The notes under the pieces were generated by a model. The model had not been told where the DNA came from. It ran no database searches and worked only from the letters and a program-made list of their open reading frames with translations. The position numbers were made by a program, and so were the translations under genes. From a virus, in IMG/VR virus record IMGVR_UViG_3300042881_004673, positions 16,392-80,391 of that record: 64,000 nt of DNA, one strand, 5' to 3'. Position 1 is the stretch's first letter. Each line of letters begins with the position of its first letter. Shown here piece by piece: positions 1 through 11,508 of this stretch.

Positions 1-404
1 TAGATAACAAAATAATTGATGAAGGAATTGAGTGGGCAAAAAACAATTTAGGGTTATTCTCTGTTGCACAAAGACATTACAAAAAAAGTGAAGTTGTTTA
101 TGCAAGTCCGGCTTTTTTAATTTTTAGTAAAAAAACATATGACACAATAGGTAGGCCTTCTTTTATTGAAACAGATAGATCTGATGTTGCTGGCGAATTA
201 ACACACACATGTTTAGAAAAGAAATTACCTGTTAATATAATCTATCCTTCACACGTTGAACAAAAACAATGGTTATTAGTTGGTAATGAAAGATTTGGTA
301 GAGGAACTACTTATGGTAATAGAGTATATCATGCATTTGAATCTAGAATTGGTAACGTAAGTTTATTTGTGAATAAATGTAAAGAAATATTAGGAGAAAA
401 ATAA
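1..404 (+). CDS. 5'-truncated ORF, probably glycosyltransferase-cluster protein
   Basis: Frame 3 is open from the window edge to TAA 402-404 (DNKIIDEGIEWAK...KEILGEK); TAATG overlap with the next gene. Confidence 0.6.
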   Translation, partial: DNKIIDEGIEWAKNNLGLFSVAQRHYKKSEVVYASPAFLIFSKKTYDTIGRPSFIETDRSDVAGELTHTCLEKKLPVNIIYPSHVEQKQWLLVGNERFGRGTTYGNRVYHAFESRIGNVSLFVNKCKEILGEK

Positions 405-1108
405 TGACTAAAGAAACTTATGACTTTTGTATTATAATCACAACTTATAATAGAACTGAGATGTTAAATAAACTTCTGAATCAAATTGAAAGTGAGAAAA
501 AAAATCATAGAATTTTTGTTGCAATTTTTGATGATGGGGGTAATCAAAATATTGATATCAATAAAAGTTACCATAAAAAAATATCGTTATACCCAAACAA
601 CGGTAAACAAAAATATTACAACATAATCAATTCAACACTCAGTGTTTTAAAAAACATTTCAAGTGAGTATTTTATATACCTACCTGATGATATTTCATTG
701 GTTGAAAATTTCTTTGATGAAACAAAACGTATTTATGAATCTATTAATTTTTCAGATAAAATATGTTTATCTATTTTAACAGACGGTAGAGTAAATAAAA
801 CTAATTGGACAGACTTTAAAACTATTGATTATGGTGAATACTATAAAACACAGTGGAATGATTTATGTTTTATTGCAAAAAGAAATTTTTTCGAAACATT
901 AGAATTTAAAATCATACCAATTAGCCCAAACAGATGGAAAGGAAATCCGAATTTAAGTTCTGGGGTTGGACAACAAATAAGTAATAGACTAAACAAATTA
1001 GGTTTAGGAATGTATCACACTAAAAAATCTTTGGTTATTCACGGAGATCACGAATCTAAAATGAATTACCACGAAAGAAAAGTAACATCTTTAAAAACAA
1101 ATGAGTGA
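404..1108 (+). CDS. GT-A fold (GT2-like) glycosyltransferase
   Basis: IIITTYNR start, FDDG, YLPDD (DxD-like) motifs. Confidence 0.8.
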   Translation: MTKETYDFCIIITTYNRTEMLNKLLNQIESEKKNHRIFVAIFDDGGNQNIDINKSYHKKISLYPNNGKQKYYNIINSTLSVLKNISSEYFIYLPDDISLVENFFDETKRIYESINFSDKICLSILTDGRVNKTNWTDFKTIDYGEYYKTQWNDLCFIAKRNFFETLEFKIIPISPNRWKGNPNLSSGVGQQISNRLNKLGLGMYHTKKSLVIHGDHESKMNYHERKVTSLKTNE

Positions 1109-2042
1109 AAGAATAATAGTAAACGTCGCATCTTATAAAAGAACAGAATCTTTAATTAGGACTTTAGAATCAATAATCGATCAGTGTGACGAAATTAACG
1201 TTGCGCTCAATGATCATTATATGGAGGAAATTCCTGATTTTTTTTACCACAAAAAAATAAATCTTTTTTTTACTGACAATTCTATAGGTGATGCATTCAA
1301 GTATTTAAACTTAGTAAAAGTCGACGGGTATTACTTTTCAATAGATGACGATCTTATTTATCCGCCAACTTATGTTTCTGACACAATTAAAAGATGTAAA
1401 GAATTTAACAATAAAAAAGTTGTAACTTATCACGGAAGAAATTTCCCATCATTTCCAATATCTAGTTATTATAGATCCGCAAGTGAAAGGTATTCATGTT
1501 TAAGCAAAGTTAAAAACGACGTTAAAGTTCAATTTGGTGGAACTGGAGTAATGTGTTTCCATACCTCACTTATGAAAATACCTATTGACTATTTTAAAAA
1601 TCCAAACATGGCGGATGTTTGGATTGGAAAATACTGTATAGAAAATAATATAGAAATTATTTGTTTAAAACATGATGAAGGATATATGAAATATATTCCA
1701 CAAAAAACAACAATTTATAATGAAGCTTCAAAATCGGATAAAATTCAAACGGGATTAGTTAATGGATTATTTACTCCAAAATTTGTAGAAACAAAAATTG
1801 TAGAAACAAAAATTGTAGAAACAAAAATTGAGGATCAAGAATTTGTAAAAAAAAATACACTTAAAACACTTGAGTTAACTCAAAAACAAATAAATTACGA
1901 TAAAATAAATTCTATTTTTCAAAAAAGTAACCCAAAAACAATTACACAAGCAAAAAACAATCAAGAGGTGGTTAATATAAAATTAAACTCATCAACAATA
2001 TCAAAACTTATGGGTAAAGGTAATAAAAAGTTTAAAAAATAG
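1101..2042 (+). CDS. GT-A fold glycosyltransferase with low-complexity C-terminal tail
   Basis: VNVASYKR, SIDDDLIYP (DxD), GGTG, NMADVW; tail has VETKI x3 and INYDKIN. Confidence 0.75.
   Translation: MSERIIVNVASYKRTESLIRTLESIIDQCDEINVALNDHYMEEIPDFFYHKKINLFFTDNSIGDAFKYLNLVKVDGYYFSIDDDLIYPPTYVSDTIKRCKEFNNKKVVTYHGRNFPSFPISSYYRSASERYSCLSKVKNDVKVQFGGTGVMCFHTSLMKIPIDYFKNPNMADVWIGKYCIENNIEIICLKHDEGYMKYIPQKTTIYNEASKSDKIQTGLVNGLFTPKFVETKIVETKIVETKIEDQEFVKKNTLKTLELTQKQINYDKINSIFQKSNPKTITQAKNNQEVVNIKLNSSTISKLMGKGNKKFKK
1782..1829 (+). repeat. 15-bp tandem repeat (TTGTAGAAACAAAAA x3) encoding VETKI
   Basis: Read directly. Confidence 0.9.
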
Positions 2043-2062
2043 TTTTTATTTTGTTTTTGTAA

Positions 2063-2069
2063 TATTTAT
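2063..2069 (+). promoter_or_regulatory. TATTTAT motif, putative phage late-promoter element (first of about 30 copies)
   Basis: Lies 3-31 nt upstream of ATG at 2063, 4938, 8560, 11484, 12717, 17164, 18507, 25745, 28411, 29446, 30259, 30719, 31561, 32162, 34749, 35210, 35623, 37738, 39396, 39894, 40326, 40741, 42621, 42843, 43398, 44069, 45704, 48175, 49901, 51899, 53432, 53693, 63495, 63626, 63892; minus-strand copies at 49908-49918, 51839, 62317. Confidence 0.7.
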
Positions 2070-2086
2070 TAATAAAAAACATTATT

Positions 2087-4885
2087 ATGCCAATTAAACT
2101 AACAATATCACAACAACCTAACGGAGTTTTATTCTCAGGATCAGGAACACTTAATACAACCTCACTTCAAAATTTACCATCATGGGGATTAAACATGGGA
2201 ACTGGAATTTTTTTTAGAGGCCCAAGTAAAATTGTTGGTGGAGCCGTTGGTAATATAAAGTTACATTCAAACTTACTACAAAATTTAGTGCCAATAAGTA
2301 CATTATCAAGTAGTATATATGGTACTAGTGGTGTTATTAATTTAACGGGGGGGGCTATGAATTATTTTTTCTCAATAGGTAACCCTTGGAATGATAGTAA
2401 TTCTTTTCCAAACGCCCTATCTTATTCTGATAATTACATTTCAAATCAACCTTTTAATTTTTCATATCTTATACCTAATCAAACTTATACAAGTTTAGGT
2501 ATAGTTCCACAAAATAATACTTATAGTTGGACAAATCCGCAGTTAGGTGTTTCTGACAACGTACAGGTTGTGGTATTACAACCACAAAACGCGAATGTTA
2601 TAATTACTATACAACAAGTTTTAAATACTGTTAACGTAAGTGTTGTTGGAACAATAAACCCTAACGGATTAGTACCTAATGGTGTTTTTACTTATAATCC
2701 TGGTGGTTATTTAAAAGGTTCAAACCCAAATAAAAGGGTTTTTATGTTTCCTGATAACGCTCAGATGCAAACATGGCAGATAACATCATACCCTACACAA
2801 CCCTTTTCACTCAATCAAGGCATTGTTGCTGCCAATATTCAGCCATCACAACCACCATACTTTCTTATTGATAATTCTAGTTTTGGAATTAGTTCAAATG
2901 CGACAAGCGGTTACATAAATACATCAATGGTTTATAATGATCCTGGAGCAACGATTCAAACCTTAGGTTTCATTACAGGAACTTACATATGGATGGCGCC
3001 CAACAACGTATTCCAAATGAATGTTTTACCGCCACCATCACCTACACCAACTGTAACACCAACTAAGACTACAACACCAACAGTTACACCAACAAAAACA
3101 GTTACACCAACTGTTACTAAAACACCAACTGTAACACCAACAAATACCGCAACACCAACAAATACCGCAACACCAACTGTAACTCCAACAATTACGCCAA
3201 CAAATACTGCAACACCAACTGTCACACCGACACTTACTCTTACGCCAACAGTTACAAATACAGTTACACCGACAATAACCGCAACTCAAACTGAAACACC
3301 AACACCAACTGTTACACCTACCAATACTTTAACACCAACAGTTACGGCTACAAATACGCCGACATTAACTAAAACACCATCACCTACACCAACAACAACA
3401 CCAACTAACACTCCAAGTAACACACCAAACATATCATCAAACTGTTGTTCAAATCCTGAAAATCTTCCACAAGTTAATCAAACAGTTGTTAGAAACTTCA
3501 CAAACGTAACTGCTACAGGTTCTGGAAACATTGGAGTAGGTCCTAATGCTATTAATACGTATTACCAACAATATATAGGATCATTTACAATGTTGAGTGA
3601 TATTATTTTAGGAACAAATGGTGGGTTTACTTATACTTTAACTTTTTCAAATCAGATTCAAGGGATAAGATTTTTAATGTATGGAATGAATGTTAGTCCG
3701 GTATGTTCATTTACATTCACAACAGACAGTGGACCTATAACTATTACCACATGTCAAAGCGGATGTTTAAGTGTTTCTGGAAATGTTATTTCGACAAGTA
3801 CGCCATGTAATCTTCTTGCAGGGGCTGGTTATTTTGAAATAATACCTACCTCTCCTTTCACAATATTAACTATAACAGGACCAGGTGATTCGGGGGGTAC
3901 GGGTCTTCAACTATGTTATTTAGATGCAATAATTCCTTCACCAACACCGACACCAACAAATACCTTAACACCAACACCAACTGTTACCGTAAGTGTTACA
4001 CCAAGTATTGCTGCGTCACCAACAGCGACACCTACAAACACGGCAACACCAACAGTTACACCAACAGTTACACCAACGATTACTGAAACCCCAACACCTA
4101 CGGTTACTCCAACAATTACGGAAACACCGACCGAAACGCCAACAAATACACCAACATTAACACCAACAAATACGCCAACTGTTACTGTAACGCCAACTGT
4201 TACGGCAACTAACACGCAAACACCAACTGTAACACCGACTGAAACACCAACAAATACACCAACAGTAACGTCAACAGTAACACCAACTGTCACACCTACT
4301 GCAACTCCAACATTAACACCACAGTCAACAGTTACTCCAACTTTAACTTCAACACCAACTCTTACACCTACGGTAACTACAACGCCATCAGTAACGCCTA
4401 CATTAACGGCAACACCAACAGCGACTGTAACACCGACTATTTCAATTACACCGACGTTGACACCAACACCAACAACTTCACCAGCACCATCAAATGTGAC
4501 AATATTACTCAACACATTAATTGTTGATGGTTCAATTAACATGTTAGTTACAATTAATTATAACAATACAATTCCATTTGCAACTATTGTAAGTTTCAAC
4601 CTGAACTTGGTTTATACTAATGGAACAACGTATACAGTTCCGTTTACAATCAACATGCCGGCAAATACACCACAAGGATTTGGATCGTTTAATATTCCAG
4701 GAAATGCGGCACAAATATCACAAGGACTTACAAATATTAGTAATGTTGTGATTACCAATTATTCAGGAACCGTTATTCCAAATATTAATATTACGGTAAA
4801 TCCTACGCCAACACCAACACCTACAGCGACATTAACACCATTCCCAACAGTAACACCTTCACCGGCTAACTGTTGTATAATTTAA
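2087..4885 (+). CDS. Thr/Pro-rich mucin-like protein with beta-rich domains (putative virion surface or fibre protein)
   Basis: Two long TPTxTPT tracts; duplicated N-domain (GSGTLN...SLG / VGTIN...TLG...GTYIW); C-terminus SPANCC; paralog of 4960..7119. Confidence 0.7.
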   Translation: MPIKLTISQQPNGVLFSGSGTLNTTSLQNLPSWGLNMGTGIFFRGPSKIVGGAVGNIKLHSNLLQNLVPISTLSSSIYGTSGVINLTGGAMNYFFSIGNPWNDSNSFPNALSYSDNYISNQPFNFSYLIPNQTYTSLGIVPQNNTYSWTNPQLGVSDNVQVVVLQPQNANVIITIQQVLNTVNVSVVGTINPNGLVPNGVFTYNPGGYLKGSNPNKRVFMFPDNAQMQTWQITSYPTQPFSLNQGIVAANIQPSQPPYFLIDNSSFGISSNATSGYINTSMVYNDPGATIQTLGFITGTYIWMAPNNVFQMNVLPPPSPTPTVTPTKTTTPTVTPTKTVTPTVTKTPTVTPTNTATPTNTATPTVTPTITPTNTATPTVTPTLTLTPTVTNTVTPTITATQTETPTPTVTPTNTLTPTVTATNTPTLTKTPSPTPTTTPTNTPSNTPNISSNCCSNPENLPQVNQTVVRNFTNVTATGSGNIGVGPNAINTYYQQYIGSFTMLSDIILGTNGGFTYTLTFSNQIQGIRFLMYGMNVSPVCSFTFTTDSGPITITTCQSGCLSVSGNVISTSTPCNLLAGAGYFEIIPTSPFTILTITGPGDSGGTGLQLCYLDAIIPSPTPTPTNTLTPTPTVTVSVTPSIAASPTATPTNTATPTVTPTVTPTITETPTPTVTPTITETPTETPTNTPTLTPTNTPTVTVTPTVTATNTQTPTVTPTETPTNTPTVTSTVTPTVTPTATPTLTPQSTVTPTLTSTPTLTPTVTTTPSVTPTLTATPTATVTPTISITPTLTPTPTTSPAPSNVTILLNTLIVDGSINMLVTINYNNTIPFATIVSFNLNLVYTNGTTYTVPFTINMPANTPQGFGSFNIPGNAAQISQGLTNISNVVITNYSGTVIPNINITVNPTPTPTPTATLTPFPTVTPSPANCCII

Positions 4886-4904
4886 TTTAAAAGATAAAAA
4901 AAAT

Positions 4905-4936
4905 GATGGCCCGATAAAACAATTTGTCGGGTCATT
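4905..4936 (+). terminator. Hairpin between the two Thr/Pro genes
   Basis: GATGGCCCGATAAA pairs with TTTGTCGGGTCATT. Confidence 0.55.
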
Positions 4937-4959
4937 GTATTTATATATAAAAATAGATT

Positions 4960-7119
4960 ATGCCAATTACAATCAATATTTACCAACAACCTAACGGACT
5001 TCAATTCCAAGGATCAGGAACGCTAAACTTAGACTCATTTATTGGGAAAACACAAGGAAATGCGGCTAACGTAAATCAAGGTCTTAGATTCAGATCTAAT
5101 GCTTTAAATAATTTAGCTTTAAATAGATTATCATGGATAGGTCTTAATAATCCTAACACTAATTATAGGTTTTACCCTAATTTATTTACGACAATACCAA
5201 ATTTTGGAACCTCCTCAACAGATTATACTACCGCTATAAATACATTTGCAACAGGAGGTCAGTTTTTTATGGTGGGACAAGATGCGACTATAGGGCAATT
5301 AACCGTTCCACAGTCTTATGTTTCAGGTTTAAATTTTAGTTGGGGTTTTTTATTACCAAGTTTAACCTATGCTGGTTTAGGAATGTCTCCACAAACAATT
5401 ACACGAAGTTGGACTGGATCTACTGGTGTGGTTGAGACTCTAACAATTATCGTCAACCCATTACCAACGTCAAATGTTAATATAAACGTTATTGAAACTA
5501 ATGGAAATGTTTATGTTGAAGTTGTTGGAAATATAGGGACTGGATATGTAACGGCATGTGGACTTGGATTTGGACCTGGAAATTCAATATTCTCATCACA
5601 AAGATGGGTACAATTTGGGTCTAGTAGTGTTGGTTTTTGTAAAGTGCAAATAAATTCTTTCCCACCAAGTTTTGGGAATACCTCAAGAACCGCTAATATT
5701 GGATCTCAGTTCACTCCTTTTAGAGTTGACAATCAAGGGGCTTACTTTGATCAAAATGCTTTAACTGATGATATTAATACAAGTATAACTTTTACTGGAA
5801 CAACAATTGCCGGTATGGGTTTAAATACTGGAGTATATAATTGGTATGGACCCGATAATAATATCCAAATGAATATTATTGGACCAACACCAACACCAAC
5901 GGTTACGGCAACCAACACGCAAACACCAACCGTAACACCAACAAATACCGTTACACCCACAATTACGCCAACAGTAACGCCAACAGTTACGGAGACACCA
6001 ACACCAACACCTACACCTACAGTTACGCCAACAGTTACAACTACGGTTACTATTACACCAACTGAGACACCAACTAATACGCCAACACTTACGCCAACAC
6101 TTACAGAAACACCTACCCCAACAGTTACGGCAACTGTAACAGAAACTCCTACACCAACCGCAACAGAAACACCTACAGCAACACCTACAGCAACTGTAAC
6201 ACAATCTGTCACACCTACTATTACACCAACAACTACGGTTACTATTACGCCAACTGAGACACCAACTAATACACCAACACTTACACCAACAATAAGTATT
6301 ACACCTAGTTTTGCGTCTTCACCAACACCTACACCTACAATTACGGAAACACCTACTGTTACTCCTACTGTTACTCCTACGGTTACTGAAACACCTACAA
6401 ATACTCCGACAGTAACTCCAACAAATACAACAACACCAACACAAACAGTTACGGAAACACCAACTCAAACACCAACAGGAACTCCATCGGTTACACCAAC
6501 AGTTACGGAGACACCAACTCAAACACCAACAGGAACTCCATCGGTTACACCAACTATTACACCAACACTTACAGAAACACCATCGGTTACACCTACTAAT
6601 ACGATTACGCCTACGGCAACACAAACACTTACACCTACTGTTACTCAAACACAAACTCAAACTCCTACACCGACAGCAACTGTTACCCCATCTAAATCTC
6701 CAGCACCTGCCACTTTAAATGCAAATTTTAATGTAAATGTGGTTGATGGATCAATATCAGTAATAACAACTGTTTCTTACAATTTAGGAATTCCAGTTCC
6801 AACTATAGTTTACTTCACAGTAAATATTATTTTAACAAATGGTGTAATATTTACAGTCCCTGAAAGTATTACGATCCCTGCATCCACATTACAAGGATCT
6901 GTAACTACTACACTTCCAGGAAATGCGGCACAAGTATCTAACTTAAGTTATGTGAATAATATAACAATTACAAACTATGCTGGAGTTGTTATACCAAATA
7001 TTATAATTAGCATCAACCCAACACCAACACCTACGCCAACAGCAACATTAACACCACTACCAACTATAACACCTTCACCGGCTAATTGTTGTCCAATACT
7101 TGCAATACCAGGATCTTAA
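4960..7119 (+). CDS. Thr/Pro-rich mucin-like protein, paralog of 2087..4885
   Basis: [23 protein letters not shown] start, about 270-aa TP tract, shared C-domain (DGSI...PGNAAQ...SPANCC). Confidence 0.7.
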   Translation: MPITINIYQQPNGLQFQGSGTLNLDSFIGKTQGNAANVNQGLRFRSNALNNLALNRLSWIGLNNPNTNYRFYPNLFTTIPNFGTSSTDYTTAINTFATGGQFFMVGQDATIGQLTVPQSYVSGLNFSWGFLLPSLTYAGLGMSPQTITRSWTGSTGVVETLTIIVNPLPTSNVNINVIETNGNVYVEVVGNIGTGYVTACGLGFGPGNSIFSSQRWVQFGSSSVGFCKVQINSFPPSFGNTSRTANIGSQFTPFRVDNQGAYFDQNALTDDINTSITFTGTTIAGMGLNTGVYNWYGPDNNIQMNIIGPTPTPTVTATNTQTPTVTPTNTVTPTITPTVTPTVTETPTPTPTPTVTPTVTTTVTITPTETPTNTPTLTPTLTETPTPTVTATVTETPTPTATETPTATPTATVTQSVTPTITPTTTVTITPTETPTNTPTLTPTISITPSFASSPTPTPTITETPTVTPTVTPTVTETPTNTPTVTPTNTTTPTQTVTETPTQTPTGTPSVTPTVTETPTQTPTGTPSVTPTITPTLTETPSVTPTNTITPTATQTLTPTVTQTQTQTPTPTATVTPSKSPAPATLNANFNVNVVDGSISVITTVSYNLGIPVPTIVYFTVNIILTNGVIFTVPESITIPASTLQGSVTTTLPGNAAQVSNLSYVNNITITNYAGVVIPNIIISINPTPTPTPTATLTPLPTITPSPANCCPILAIPGS

Positions 7120-7190
7120 TTGGTGTCGGTGTTTACTATGTTTAATGTTGTAATAACTTTTTGTTAAAATAAAATACAAAAAAAGTTGAA

Positions 7191-8153
7191 TTGAGTCTTA
7201 GTATAATCATACCTACTTTCAAAAACGTAGAGTTTCTTCCTGAGTTATTTGACTCAATAGATAAATGTAATTTCACTGGTGAATACGAAGTTTTAATTGG
7301 AATTGATTCTTGTGAAGATACCTTAAAATATGTTTATGAAAATCAATTTCCAACAAACTTTAAGTTCTTCTTTTTTTTAGAAAACAAAGGTCCTTATTTA
7401 ATTAAAAATACTTTATCTGATTTATCTTCTTTTGATAAACTATTTTTCTTTGACTCAGATGATGTTATGATGCCTGATTTAATAAGTGAAATTGATTCAA
7501 AGTTAAACACGTATTTGGTTGTTAAACCAAAATACATGGACTTTAAAGATCAAAACGGTATTAGAGAATATGTTGGAAAAAAACCAACTTTTGGTGAAGG
7601 TGTGTTTGGTATTATAAAAGAATTGTTTATTGAAATGAATGGTTTTGAAGGGTGGCAAGTTGCCGCTGATTCAGATTTTATGGGTAGACTTTATAAGACA
7701 AATAAAAATATTCTACATACATCACACATTCTTTTCCATAGAAGAATACACCCTAACTCACTAACAATTCACCCAAGAACAGGATTGTCATCTGCGTTAA
7801 GGGGTAATTATTACCACATGAGTAAGAAGAAAACAATTGAAAATATTAAAAATAAAGAATTTTTAAAATCAAATTATAAGGTAGTTGATGTTGAAGACAA
7901 AATACTTTTAAAGTCACAAAATGATATTAATTTGGAGATTGAAGTAAGTGATTATGAGAAAAAAAAATTAAAACACGAATCTATTGCAGATATATTTTTA
8001 AATAAACCAAAAAATATTAAAACAGAGGTAAAGCCAAAAACAATCAATTATAACCATATTAACCAAAACACCAATTACCCAATCTCCTCACAACTATCAG
8101 TTGCATTAAAAAAGGCTAAATTAGAAAATATTAAAAAAAATCACCGTCGTTAA
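7191..8153 (+). CDS. GT2 family glycosyltransferase
   Basis: SIIIPTFK, NKGPY, FFDSDD, ADSDF, RRIHPNS; TTG start. Confidence 0.85.
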   Translation: MSLSIIIPTFKNVEFLPELFDSIDKCNFTGEYEVLIGIDSCEDTLKYVYENQFPTNFKFFFFLENKGPYLIKNTLSDLSSFDKLFFFDSDDVMMPDLISEIDSKLNTYLVVKPKYMDFKDQNGIREYVGKKPTFGEGVFGIIKELFIEMNGFEGWQVAADSDFMGRLYKTNKNILHTSHILFHRRIHPNSLTIHPRTGLSSALRGNYYHMSKKKTIENIKNKEFLKSNYKVVDVEDKILLKSQNDINLEIEVSDYEKKKLKHESIADIFLNKPKNIKTEVKPKTINYNHINQNTNYPISSQLSVALKKAKLENIKKNHRR

Positions 8154-8165
8154 GATTTTTTTGCT

Positions 8166-8173
8166 TATATTTG
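8166..8173 (+). promoter_or_regulatory. Bacteroidota-type -7 promoter element TAnnTTTG (host RNAP, early class)
   Basis: TATATTTG 4 nt before ATG 8178; also at 11434-11441(-), 12663-12670(-), 42267, 45041(-), 53400(-), 58116, 59774, 62348, 62641. Confidence 0.75.
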
Positions 8174-8177
8174 TTCT

Positions 8178-8549
8178 ATGAACAACACAAACAAAATAGG
8201 ACATGTAATCAAGGATGATCACATCAAAAAAGTTAAAAAACTTTTTAAGAAAAAATTAATTAAATGTGATGGTAAAGTTTGGTGCAAAAAAATTCAAATT
8301 GAAATAACTAACATCAGAAAATACAAACAAGGATATTACTTAAGCAAAGAGATTGTGCGTTACTGTTATGAGTTAGATGTTAAAATTAAATTCACAGATG
8401 AATTTGGGGTTTCCGAATCTTGGGTTAAAAACAATAAAAGAGGTATTAACAGTCGAGTTAGAAATTGGAGTAATGAGAAATTACTACAGGACGAATTACA
8501 GTTTTTTGGAATTGAAAACATTTGCGTGTCAAAGATTCAATATGTTTAG
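8178..8549 (+). CDS. hypothetical protein (early-type promoter)
   Basis: 123-aa ORF behind TATATTTG. Confidence 0.7.
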   Translation: MNNTNKIGHVIKDDHIKKVKKLFKKKLIKCDGKVWCKKIQIEITNIRKYKQGYYLSKEIVRYCYELDVKIKFTDEFGVSESWVKNNKRGINSRVRNWSNEKLLQDELQFFGIENICVSKIQYV

Positions 8550-8570
8550 AGTTCTTTTATATTTATTGAT

Positions 8571-9485
8571 ATGAAAGTGTCATTAACAGAAGAACAACTT
8601 AGATCATTCAATAATAGACTTATTTATGAAGGTATTTTGGACGACATGGTTTTCAAAATATCTTTAATTGTTGAGGACGGTAAAACCGAACCTGACATGG
8701 AGTGGGATTTCACCAATGTTAAAAAAGATATAGATAAATCAAAGTTATGGGTTAAAACAAAAGAAGATGCGATCCAATACGTTGAAAGTGTTGTGGATAA
8801 AATTAAAAATATTCCACCTGAATTAAGAAAAAAAATCTTAAAATATGTAATATATTCTTTTATTGGATTACTTTCAATTAAACAACTAAATAAAATGGTT
8901 GAACCAGTTGTAAAAAAGGCTGATCAAATTGAGAAAGAAACAATCGAAAAAATTATTTCACTAAGAATTAGAAAATCAAGTCCAGAATTATATGAACACA
9001 TGAGATATGAAGAAGGTTCCATAACAAAAAAAGGAGAACCTGTTTTGGTCGCCTATAATCTTGGTGATGGGGCATACACTATTGGTTATGGTCACGCAAT
9101 ATTTAGAGGTGAAAATGAAGGGTATGAATTCCTACCGAATTATAATAAAATAATACCAGGTAAAACTAAAATCACTAAAGATCAGGCGGAGATACTACTT
9201 AAAGACGATATTAGTAATTCCGAAGAGATAATAAATAAAATTCTTAATAAATGGGAAACAGAAGGTATTAAAATTAAGGTTAGTCAAGGAATGTATAATG
9301 CTATGGTATCAATGGCATATAATATGGGTCCTGGTATTATAAAAAGTGATTTTATTAAAGCTTTAAAATCGGGCAATACATATTTAGCGGCAGAAGAAAT
9401 ATTAACCACAAGTTCAAACCTGTTTAAAAAATTCCCCGGTCTTGAACCAAGAAGAATGAGGGAATATAAAATGTTTACATCATGA
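8571..9485 (+). CDS. GH24 phage lysozyme with N-terminal leader
   Basis: YEEG...GDGAYTIGYGH catalytic region, AMVSMAYNMG, GLEPRR..E; leader MKVSLTEEQL...LIYE. Confidence 0.85.
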   Translation: MKVSLTEEQLRSFNNRLIYEGILDDMVFKISLIVEDGKTEPDMEWDFTNVKKDIDKSKLWVKTKEDAIQYVESVVDKIKNIPPELRKKILKYVIYSFIGLLSIKQLNKMVEPVVKKADQIEKETIEKIISLRIRKSSPELYEHMRYEEGSITKKGEPVLVAYNLGDGAYTIGYGHAIFRGENEGYEFLPNYNKIIPGKTKITKDQAEILLKDDISNSEEIINKILNKWETEGIKIKVSQGMYNAMVSMAYNMGPGIIKSDFIKALKSGNTYLAAEEILTTSSNLFKKFPGLEPRRMREYKMFTS

Positions 9486-10165
9486 ATAAAGAAAAAATAT
9501 TAAAATTATTTAAAAACTTTGTGGGTGAAGAGGTAAACATTTCCGGACTTCAATGTATTCCTGTTGGGGTTGGTGAATATGGTTCACATAATTCTATTAT
9601 GGGTACCGGTTGGAATCCAAACCCATATCATCAAATTCACTTTAAAATAAAAAATCCAAATAATGTCTGTTATTTTTATGCAATAATTTATGAAGAGTTA
9701 TTAGAATTATTAGAAGAATTTACCCAATATATTAGTATTAAACTAAGACCAAATATAATATGGGAGGACACACAACCAAAATTTTATCTTAACGACGAAA
9801 CAAGAAACAAAATACAAAAAGTTTTTGACTCTGTAAAAGAAATTAAATTTACAACAGGAAATTTAGATGGTGATGGCAAAGAATATGTTATTGAAATAAA
9901 TTCAATTGGTTTTAACAATAAACATTTTGATCTTGAATCATTTTATCTCCAAAACAAGGTTGTTCCAATATCTGCAACAAAAAATGGCGAAAATGTTGAT
10001 GTGAGTGAGGTTATTTACAAATATATAGATGAGTTTTTACCTAAAGTAGAAACTTACTATGAGTCAGAAGAATATTATAAAAAAATAGATGAGATAATTA
10101 CCAAACATCCACTTTTAAATGCGGATTATATTGCGACTTATTACGATACAAAGTTTATCCAATAA
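9482..10165 (+). CDS. hypothetical protein
   Basis: 227-aa ORF, ATGA overlap with the lysozyme gene. Confidence 0.7.
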   Translation: MNKEKILKLFKNFVGEEVNISGLQCIPVGVGEYGSHNSIMGTGWNPNPYHQIHFKIKNPNNVCYFYAIIYEELLELLEEFTQYISIKLRPNIIWEDTQPKFYLNDETRNKIQKVFDSVKEIKFTTGNLDGDGKEYVIEINSIGFNNKHFDLESFYLQNKVVPISATKNGENVDVSEVIYKYIDEFLPKVETYYESEEYYKKIDEIITKHPLLNADYIATYYDTKFIQ

Positions 10166-11429
10166 CTTTCTTTGATCTTTTTTGTCGGTGAAAAGTAATC
10201 ACGAATCGGTGAACTTCATTTTGAATCTCAGCCAATAAAAACCCAAACTCACTTCTTGGAATATCAAAACTTGACCCATCAATCTTGTGTATTGTTTGAG
10301 ATTGGTGTTTATCGTTTTTAGAAATGGAGATCAAATCAATAGAAGATAACAATCCAAGAGATTCAAATACTTTTTTTGCAACACCCAACTGACCTTTACC
10401 GCCATCAATAACAACAAGTGAAGGTAACTCTTGTTTCTCATTTAAAAGTCTTTTGAAACGACGATTTAATACCTCAGTAAATGATGCGTAGTCATCAGGA
10501 CCCTCAACAGTTTTGATATTGAACTTACGATAGTTTGACTTATCGGTCTTACCATTCTTGTAACGAACAAGGGCAGACACCTGACAATCACCAGCAGTGT
10601 GAGAGTTATCAAAAGCTTCAATAAGAGTTGGAACATTCAATAAACCAAATTGTTCTTTGAAAGATCTTGAAATATCACAATACTTTCTAACACGAAACGA
10701 CTCAAGTTTTTTCTCTAACAAATCAACAACATCCATTTTGTTTTTTAAGTTCTGAGAAATCTCAAACTCCATTTGTTCAGAATGATACTTCATAAACTTT
10801 CTCAAACGATTTCGAACCTTGTCAAACTGAAAGGAAAATACATCTCTCATCTCACTTACAATCTTTAAGTAAGAAAACTTCTGAATTGAGGAAACACAAG
10901 GAGCATTACAACGACCAAGATGAAATTCCAAACAAGTCTTGAACTTTTCATTTTGAATATTTTCTTCAGTCAAGTTATAAGAACAAGATCTAAGATTGAA
11001 AATGTCATGAACCATCTCATAGATCTCATAACAAGAGTTAGAACTTGTAGATTCCAAAAGAACTTCACCAGTAAAGTTAGAAGGGTTACAAACTAAAAGT
11101 CTTGGGAACTCATCCGAACTCAAAGTGATAAACCAACGACGAGATCTGTCATCTTTTGCTTTGATGTTGTATTTTGGTTTGTGTGATTTGATAAGTTCGT
11201 CTTCCAACAAAAGAGCTTGAGATTCATCATCAGTGGTCATGAACTCAACATCACGAATCTCATTTACCAAGAAAGTTGTCTTTTTATCTTTGTGGTTTTT
11301 TTGAAAGTAAGACTTAACTCGTTTAGGTAAAAACTTTGACTTACCCACATAGATAATCTGACCCTTCTCGTTTTTGAAAAGGTAACAGCCACTAGATTGG
11401 GGTATATTTGAAAGTTTCTCTGTAATCAC
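10155..11429 (-). CDS. uvrC: UvrC-like excinuclease (GIY-YIG, UVR and RNase H-like domains; no C-terminal HhH)
   Basis: GCYLF...IYVGKS..L..RVKSYF, PKYNI, IEAFDNSH, YRKFNIKTVEGPDDYAS, VIDGGKGQL, EVHRFVITFHR; start re-called to GTG 11429, 4 nt after TATATTTG. Confidence 0.9.
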   Translation of the reverse strand: MITEKLSNIPQSSGCYLFKNEKGQIIYVGKSKFLPKRVKSYFQKNHKDKKTTFLVNEIRDVEFMTTDDESQALLLEDELIKSHKPKYNIKAKDDRSRRWFITLSSDEFPRLLVCNPSNFTGEVLLESTSSNSCYEIYEMVHDIFNLRSCSYNLTEENIQNEKFKTCLEFHLGRCNAPCVSSIQKFSYLKIVSEMRDVFSFQFDKVRNRLRKFMKYHSEQMEFEISQNLKNKMDVVDLLEKKLESFRVRKYCDISRSFKEQFGLLNVPTLIEAFDNSHTAGDCQVSALVRYKNGKTDKSNYRKFNIKTVEGPDDYASFTEVLNRRFKRLLNEKQELPSLVVIDGGKGQLGVAKKVFESLGLLSSIDLISISKNDKHQSQTIHKIDGSSFDIPRSEFGFLLAEIQNEVHRFVITFHRQKRSKKVIG

Positions 11430-11508
11430 AATACAAATATAGTAATTTTTTATGGTAATTTTAAGTAAAAATTTATTAATCAATATTTATTATTAATAAA
11501 ATAGAATA

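Noticed and set aside
2983-6660. Minus-strand Val/Gly- and Cys/Trp-rich ORFs
   Set aside because: They are antisense shadows of the ACN/CCN Thr-Pro repeats in the two real plus-strand genes.
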